Positions 33,935 through 38,152 of a stretch of 38,152 nucleotides of DNA are shown in pieces. The notes below the pieces were generated by a model. The model saw nothing but the letters and a program-made list of their open reading frames with translations, ran no database searches and was not told the DNA's origin. A program made the translations under genes and the position numbers. Origin of the DNA: a virus (taxonomy: Duplodnaviria > Caudoviricetes); the IMG/VR virus record IMGVR_UViG_3300012894_000014, positions 1 through 38,152 of that record. The stretch is one strand, 5' to 3'. The first letter of the stretch is position 1; each line of letters opens with the position of its first letter.

Positions 33935-34336
33935 ATGCTTTACGCAACAATATTTCCCACCCCCGCCACCCCGCTACTGCTGGCGCTCAGTGGCTGCCTG
34001 CTGGCGCTGGCGGGCCTTGCGCGGGCCGTGCGGGACGCCGTGGCGCACGGCTCCTCGCGGCTTGCGCAGCGCGGCGCCTGGTGGCGCCTGGATAGCTGGC
34101 AGCTCAAGTACAAGAACAGCGACCCCGCGCAGGGCGCCCGCTTTCCCGGCGCCACCACGGTGCTGGTGTTTCTCACCGATAGCTGGCACTTTTTCGGCTT
34201 TGCGACATGGGCCTGCGCCGATGCGGCCTTTCTGCTGGCCGGCTGGCCAGCAATGGGCTGGTGGGCGCTGCTGCCGGTGGCGCTGCGCCGGGTGGCATTC
34301 GAACCGTTCTATTCCTTCTTACGCAAGCCGTTATGA
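33935..34336 (+). CDS. Membrane protein of unknown function
   Basis: Hydrophobic helices; SW..KYK..G.RFPG.TT..VF.TD.WH motif. Confidence 0.7.
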   Translation: MLYATIFPTPATPLLLALSGCLLALAGLARAVRDAVAHGSSRLAQRGAWWRLDSWQLKYKNSDPAQGARFPGATTVLVFLTDSWHFFGFATWACADAAFLLAGWPAMGWWALLPVALRRVAFEPFYSFLRKPL

Positions 34337-34773
34337 CTCACGACCCGCACCTCGCCGCCCTGCTCACCACCCACGCCGACCAGCTACAAGCGCTGCTACC
34401 GCCGCACCTGTGGCCCCTGGCGCCGGTAGAAATACGCCAGTACGGCCCGCTCACCAAGTACACGCTCGGCCCGGATGGCGACGAGTGGCTGCACCTGCAC
34501 CACCTTACTGAGGCCGATAGCGGCGCCCCGCACGACCACCCGACTCGCATGGATTGCCGCCTGTTGAAAGGAAGCTACACTGAGCGCATCTGGCATTTGA
34601 GGCAAGGTGAATACAAGCTGGAAAATGCCTTGCGCGAAGCCGGTGACCGCAACGTGATAGAGGCTGACCGCATTCACCTGCTAACTAGCCTGCCCGAAGG
34701 CGAGGTGTGGACGCTCGCCCGCACCGGGCCCGTCGTGCGGGAGTGGCGACATTATCCGGAGCTGCTGACCTAG
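34333..34773 (+). CDS. Cupin-like His-rich protein
   Basis: LHLHH....D...PHDHP...LLKGSY.E..H....WTL..TGP..REW pattern. Confidence 0.75.
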   Translation: MTHDPHLAALLTTHADQLQALLPPHLWPLAPVEIRQYGPLTKYTLGPDGDEWLHLHHLTEADSGAPHDHPTRMDCRLLKGSYTERIWHLRQGEYKLENALREAGDRNVIEADRIHLLTSLPEGEVWTLARTGPVVREWRHYPELLT

Positions 34774-34778
34774 CTCTC

Positions 34779-34810
34779 AAAAGCCCCGACCACACGGCCG
34801 GGGCTTTTTT
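34779..34810. terminator. Intrinsic terminator (bidirectional)
   Basis: AAAAGCCCCGACC-ACAC-GGCCGGGGCTTTTTT. Confidence 0.8.
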
Positions 34811-34852
34811 GTGCGCCGCTACTTGCGCACCAAAATATTTATTGAAAATTAT

Positions 34853-34906
34853 TATGCAAAACGCATACAACTTCAACTAACGTTCGTATATTTGTCATGT
34901 CGAACG
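34853..34906 (+). promoter_or_regulatory. Host-type promoter with palindromic operator candidates
   Basis: TATATTTG (34887-34894) flanked by CGTTCG/CGAACG; upstream TATGC-N5-GCATA. Confidence 0.65.
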
Positions 34907-34963
34907 CACTATCGCACTCGACTCACCCCAAGACCCCGCGCTGGCGGCTACCAGCGAGATGTC

Positions 34964-35158
34964 ATGTTTACCCTAACCGGAACCCCAAAGCACGCTTACA
35001 TTATTGTGGCAAAGGATATTGCCGAACAATACAATATTAAGAAAAACCCCTGGGCTAAATTAATTTGGGAAGGCGAGTATTTGGTTGGTGCTGAAATTCA
35101 AGTGAATGGCTCAACGACTTACCTAGTACGTGGCACCAACGAGTTTGAAGTAGCCTAA
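34964..35158 (+). CDS. 64-aa AT-rich hypothetical protein (cassette 1)
   Basis: ATG 6 nt after the repeated hairpin CGCTGGCGGCTACCAGCGA. Confidence 0.7.
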   Translation: MFTLTGTPKHAYIIVAKDIAEQYNIKKNPWAKLIWEGEYLVGAEIQVNGSTTYLVRGTNEFEVA

Positions 35159-35248
35159 AACCAGAAACCGCCACCAGCGGCCTTAATCGAACCAGTCGGA
35201 ATACCTTTCACAATCCCCGGCTCGCTGGCGGCTACCAGCGAAGCAAGT

Positions 35249-36070
35249 ATGAAAATAATGCTGCAACCCGCCTTCCAAGGCCAATTCGATGTTTACGCCT
35301 TTAACGAGCCGAATGCCAGCCTCGCTACGCATTCGCCAACGCTGGAAAACGTAACCTATCCGCAATTTTACGCATGGTTTCATAATCAGCCCGGCAGCTC
35401 GGTTGCCTTGCCGGATGGCGGCTGGAAAGTAGTTCGAGAATGGCAGGCTGGCAGTAACGCTAGCGTGGAAGCGCTACCGACTGGCAGCAGCGACTTAATT
35501 TGGTTGTGCGAAGCGGGTCAGCGCGTATCCCATCCGGCGCACAGCAAGAGCTATTGCAAGGCAACCTTTGCCTCGCCGAGGCACTACCGCTATTGCCAGG
35601 AGCGCGAAATAGTTGAAAATCCTGCTAGCCAGCAGGACTTGCTCACGCTGAACATTGACGGACTCAGTAAGCTGGATACTGAGTGCGGCTATCGTAATCA
35701 CGCCGCTGGCTTGGCGGCCGACTGGAAGCAACTGCGCGTTGCTGTTCCGTACAGCAACGCGTTCGGTGAACGTATTGTGGCGGCGTTTACAGCCCGGCTC
35801 TATGCCGACGAGCAGCGGGCTATCTTGGATTTGTCTTTTGTTGATGGTTCAACCTGCCTGCAATTTGAGGCCCCGGCCGCCTGGGCTAATGCAGCGAACG
35901 TACCATTTGCCGGTTATCGAGGCGAATATGATTCCTTGCCCGCCGCTGGCTTAGGTGGCAATTTTGGCGAGGTTCGCCAGCATGGCAATGGCGCAGTAGT
36001 GCTGACGCCGGAACTGGCAAAGTTGGCGGCCGCCTATCACGACGAGCAATCGAAAGCTATTGAATATTAA
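35249..36070 (+). CDS. 273-aa hypothetical protein (cassette 2)
   Basis: ATG 7 nt after the same hairpin; no family recognised. Confidence 0.75.
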   Translation: MKIMLQPAFQGQFDVYAFNEPNASLATHSPTLENVTYPQFYAWFHNQPGSSVALPDGGWKVVREWQAGSNASVEALPTGSSDLIWLCEAGQRVSHPAHSKSYCKATFASPRHYRYCQEREIVENPASQQDLLTLNIDGLSKLDTECGYRNHAAGLAADWKQLRVAVPYSNAFGERIVAAFTARLYADEQRAILDLSFVDGSTCLQFEAPAAWANAANVPFAGYRGEYDSLPAAGLGGNFGEVRQHGNGAVVLTPELAKLAAAYHDEQSKAIEY

Positions 36071-36076
36071 ACCAAA

Positions 36077-36106
36077 AACCGCCACCAGCGGCTACTGGTG
36101 GCGGTT
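36077..36106. repeat. Perfect 12-bp-stem hairpin with CGGCTA loop
   Basis: AACCGCCACCAG-CGGCTA-CTGGTGGCGGTT; its left arm is repeated at 35166-35181. Confidence 0.8.
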
Positions 36107-36162
36107 CTAGTTCCAACTGGTTCGATTGAATCCTAACCGGGCCGATTGAGGCCACAAGTATA

Positions 36163-36402
36163 ATGGAAAATCCGCAACCCCGCGACCTCGCCACCGAAGT
36201 CGCGCACCTCAAAGCTTGGTGGGCTACCCGCCCCAGCCTCAAGGCCCCGGCCGTGAGCCTGGAGGCTGGCCGCCACCGCAACACGCTGCCGCAGGTGCTC
36301 AGTGGCCAGACCGCCGCTACGGCCAGCCTGCTCGACAGCTTCTACCCAACGCTTGGCAAATACGGCTACATGCCACTTACGAACGACTACCAGTTTCTGT
36401 AA
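36163..36402 (+). CDS. Small HTH-like regulator
   Basis: LKAPAVSLEAGRHRNTLPQVLSG fits a helix-turn-helix pattern. Confidence 0.6.
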   Translation: MENPQPRDLATEVAHLKAWWATRPSLKAPAVSLEAGRHRNTLPQVLSGQTAATASLLDSFYPTLGKYGYMPLTNDYQFL

Positions 36403-36485
36403 TGCGCCCCGCCCGCCGTCCGCTCGCGGCGCTGGAAGCGTTGCTAACCTAGGGTTTATTCCGCAGAAACAGCGGACTGCCAACA

Positions 36486-36519
36486 AACCGCCCCCGCGCC
36501 AGCAGGCACGGGGGCGGTT
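36486..36519. terminator. Hairpin between the convergent HTH-like gene and integrase
   Basis: AACCGCCCCCGCGCC-AGCA-GGCACGGGGGCGGTT. Confidence 0.65.
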
Positions 36520-36542
36520 AGCATTTGGGGCTCTGGGCGAAA

Positions 36543-37802
36543 TTACGCAGCCAGCAGGCGCTCGGTAAATTCTCGCAGAAAGGGCTTGCGCTGCTGACTC
36601 ATACCCAGCACTTCCAGCCCATACACCTTACTCAGTTCTGAGTGCACCGTGTCGGGCAGCACGCTGGCGTAGGTGCTTTGCGTAATGGAAACCGAGCGAT
36701 GCCCGAGCACGGCGCTTACTATCGTCATAGGCACCCCGTCTTGCAGCAGCACCATGCCCGCCGTTTTTCGCCCCACGTGGGTAGTGAGGTGCTGCGAGAA
36801 ACCGCAGAGGTAACCGATTTGCTTCAGGGCCCGGTTTTGGTATTCATTGCTGGGCATCGGCAACCGCTCGCCGCCGTAACGAGCCAGTAGCTCAATAGCC
36901 GGCGCAAAGAAGGGTATCATAGTGACAGTGCCCGTTTTCTGGCGGGCAATGCGAATGAGTAGCCCACCAGATGGTTGGGGCACGACGTGCTCCGAGGCGC
37001 GAAAATTGGTAGCGTCCTGCCAGGACAGGCCTGTAAAACATTGGAAAAGAAACATGTCAGCAGCTTTTCTCAGCCCCGCTGCTTCAAAGTCGTAGTACCA
37101 TAGCTTTACTAAGTCGGCAGGTGTAAGGAAGACGGCGGGCTTAGGCGGTTCTTTCTTAGCTGAAAAGCCCTCCATCGGATTGCGGTCGAGTAGCTCATGC
37201 CTGACTGCCCATTTTAGCACCGCTCCCACCGCGTCGAGCACCTTAAGGGCATAGTTCTGGCTTTTGCCGTCTGAGCGTAGATGCTCCAGCAACTGCTCTG
37301 CGCGGCGAATGCTCATTTCGGCCGGCCGCATCTGCAAGTTATTCGTGTCTGTTAGCCAAGCCTCAAGCCGGGCCAGGCGCACGCCGTCTGCCTCGCGGGT
37401 GGCCTTGGTAATCTGGCTGCTCTCAGCCTGGGCGGTGCGAGCAGCGAGGTAGCGGCCAGCCACTTCAAGTAGCGAGGCAGTACGGCGCTGCGGGGCCTGA
37501 AAACGCACTACTACCTTTTCGGGCGTGATGTAGGAGCCTTCGCGCTCCAGAATATTGAAGGCTTCGCGCAGGCCCGTGGCCAGCTGGGTGAGGCGCTGAT
37601 TGGCCACCTTGACTTCATCCGTTCGGCCCCGTACTAATTGGCGCGGCGCATCCCAATCATTTTTCTGCGCATACACGCCCGTGCTGAAATTATACTCGGC
37701 CTTATCGACTGTTACCCGGCACTGAATGGTGCCGGGGCGTTCGAGGGCGCGGGTGTTTTTGCGAAACCAAAAGAGCAGGGTCATGTAGTGGCGAAGTAGC
37801 AT
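36543..37802 (-). CDS. int: Tyrosine integrase (arm-binding, SAM-like and catalytic domains)
   Basis: FQCFTGLS..D, RQKT, TTHVGRKT and LGH..T..TY motifs; adjacent to att/tRNA; start uncertain (37784-37823). Confidence 0.95.
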   Translation of the reverse strand: MLLRHYMTLLFWFRKNTRALERPGTIQCRVTVDKAEYNFSTGVYAQKNDWDAPRQLVRGRTDEVKVANQRLTQLATGLREAFNILEREGSYITPEKVVVRFQAPQRRTASLLEVAGRYLAARTAQAESSQITKATREADGVRLARLEAWLTDTNNLQMRPAEMSIRRAEQLLEHLRSDGKSQNYALKVLDAVGAVLKWAVRHELLDRNPMEGFSAKKEPPKPAVFLTPADLVKLWYYDFEAAGLRKAADMFLFQCFTGLSWQDATNFRASEHVVPQPSGGLLIRIARQKTGTVTMIPFFAPAIELLARYGGERLPMPSNEYQNRALKQIGYLCGFSQHLTTHVGRKTAGMVLLQDGVPMTIVSAVLGHRSVSITQSTYASVLPDTVHSELSKVYGLEVLGMSQQRKPFLREFTERLLAA

Positions 37803-37982
37803 AGAGCGGCCTGGCTGCCTCATAACGTTGGCAAGCTCAGGTCTCAGTGATACTAATAGTATTAGTAGCAGTTGCAGCAAAACAGGGCGTGTAACCCCAA
37901 TTTGTGAAGTGCGAGTGAACGTGCGAGTTCAATAGAATGCGCTCCCTAGCGCGCTAAAGGCTTTTAGGTGGGCGTAGGGCAC

Positions 37983-38011
37983 AAAAAAGCCCGCCGGTGT
38001 TCCCGGCGGGC
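37983..38011 (-). terminator. Phage-supplied terminator for the restored tRNA
   Basis: AAAAAAGCCCGCCGG-TGTTC-CCGGCGGGC. Confidence 0.8.
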
Positions 38012-38029
38012 AATCTGCTAATCTTATTC

Positions 38030-38043
38030 GCAGAGAAGGAGGG
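38030..38043. repeat. Attachment core, right copy
   Basis: Identical to 110..123. Confidence 0.93.
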
Positions 38044-38115
38044 ATTCGAACCCCCGGACCTGTTACAGTCAGCGGTTTTCAAGACCGCCGCAATCGACCA
38101 CTCTGCCACTTCTCT
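38031..38115 (-). tRNA. tRNA-Ser(TGA)
   Basis: Reverse complement has an AGAGAAG/CTTCTCT acceptor stem, CTTGAAA anticodon loop, long variable arm and GGTTCGAATCC T-arm. Confidence 0.96.
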
Positions 38116-38152
38116 AGAAAAATAAAATGGTAAAACGGCAACTACGTGAAGA

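Larger units (their letters stand above)
110..38043. mobile_element. Temperate siphovirus prophage (HK97-like head, long non-contractile tail) integrated at tRNA-Ser
   Basis: Full module set from repressor to integrase, bounded by identical 14-bp repeats matching the tRNA 3' end. Confidence 0.97.

Noticed and set aside
33721-34095. 124-aa plus-strand ORF
   Set aside because: TTG start, low-complexity product, and overlap with the better-supported 33935 gene and the minus-strand moron
34939-36153. CRISPR array in the accessory region
   Set aside because: The repeat-like copies are few, inverted and about 900 bp apart, with no regular spacers and no cas genes
37909-37928. Tandem GTGCGAGT as integrase arm-type sites
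   Set aside because: Plausible by position, but I found no matching copies near the left att core, so it is unsupported

Overview
The window holds a complete-looking temperate siphovirus prophage of about 37.9 kb (110..38043). It is integrated at the 3' end of a minus-strand tRNA-Ser(TGA) and bounded by a 14-bp direct repeat, GCAGAGAAGGAGGG. The host is inferred to be a high-GC Bacteroidota bacterium (Hymenobacter-like), from TAnnTTTG promoter boxes, a BT4734/VirE-N-type primase, the integrase architecture and a Gln+1 signal peptide. Gene order: repressor/Cro switch; replication module (SSB, DEDDh exonuclease, SF2 helicase, primase-helicase, a palindromic origin candidate, VRR-NUC); HNH, cos candidate and terminase; HK97-type head; long non-contractile tail with a -1 frameshift chaperone; receptor-binding candidates; lysis genes (holin candidates, u-spanin, M15 endolysin); an accessory region; and the integrase. 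Most notable are (i) a repeat-punctuated cassette operon next to the integrase that ends in an HTH-like gene and carries two CRISPR-repeat-like inverted sequences, (ii) a prohead protease with an inserted DUF305/CopM-like His-His module, (iii) a bipartite late-promoter motif in three copies with identical 28-nt spacing, (iv) an origin candidate of about 300 bp with dyad symmetry, and (v) an orphaned helicase N-terminus fused to a NUMOD3 homing-endonuclease remnant. All protein family calls come from motif recognition by eye, not from database searches.
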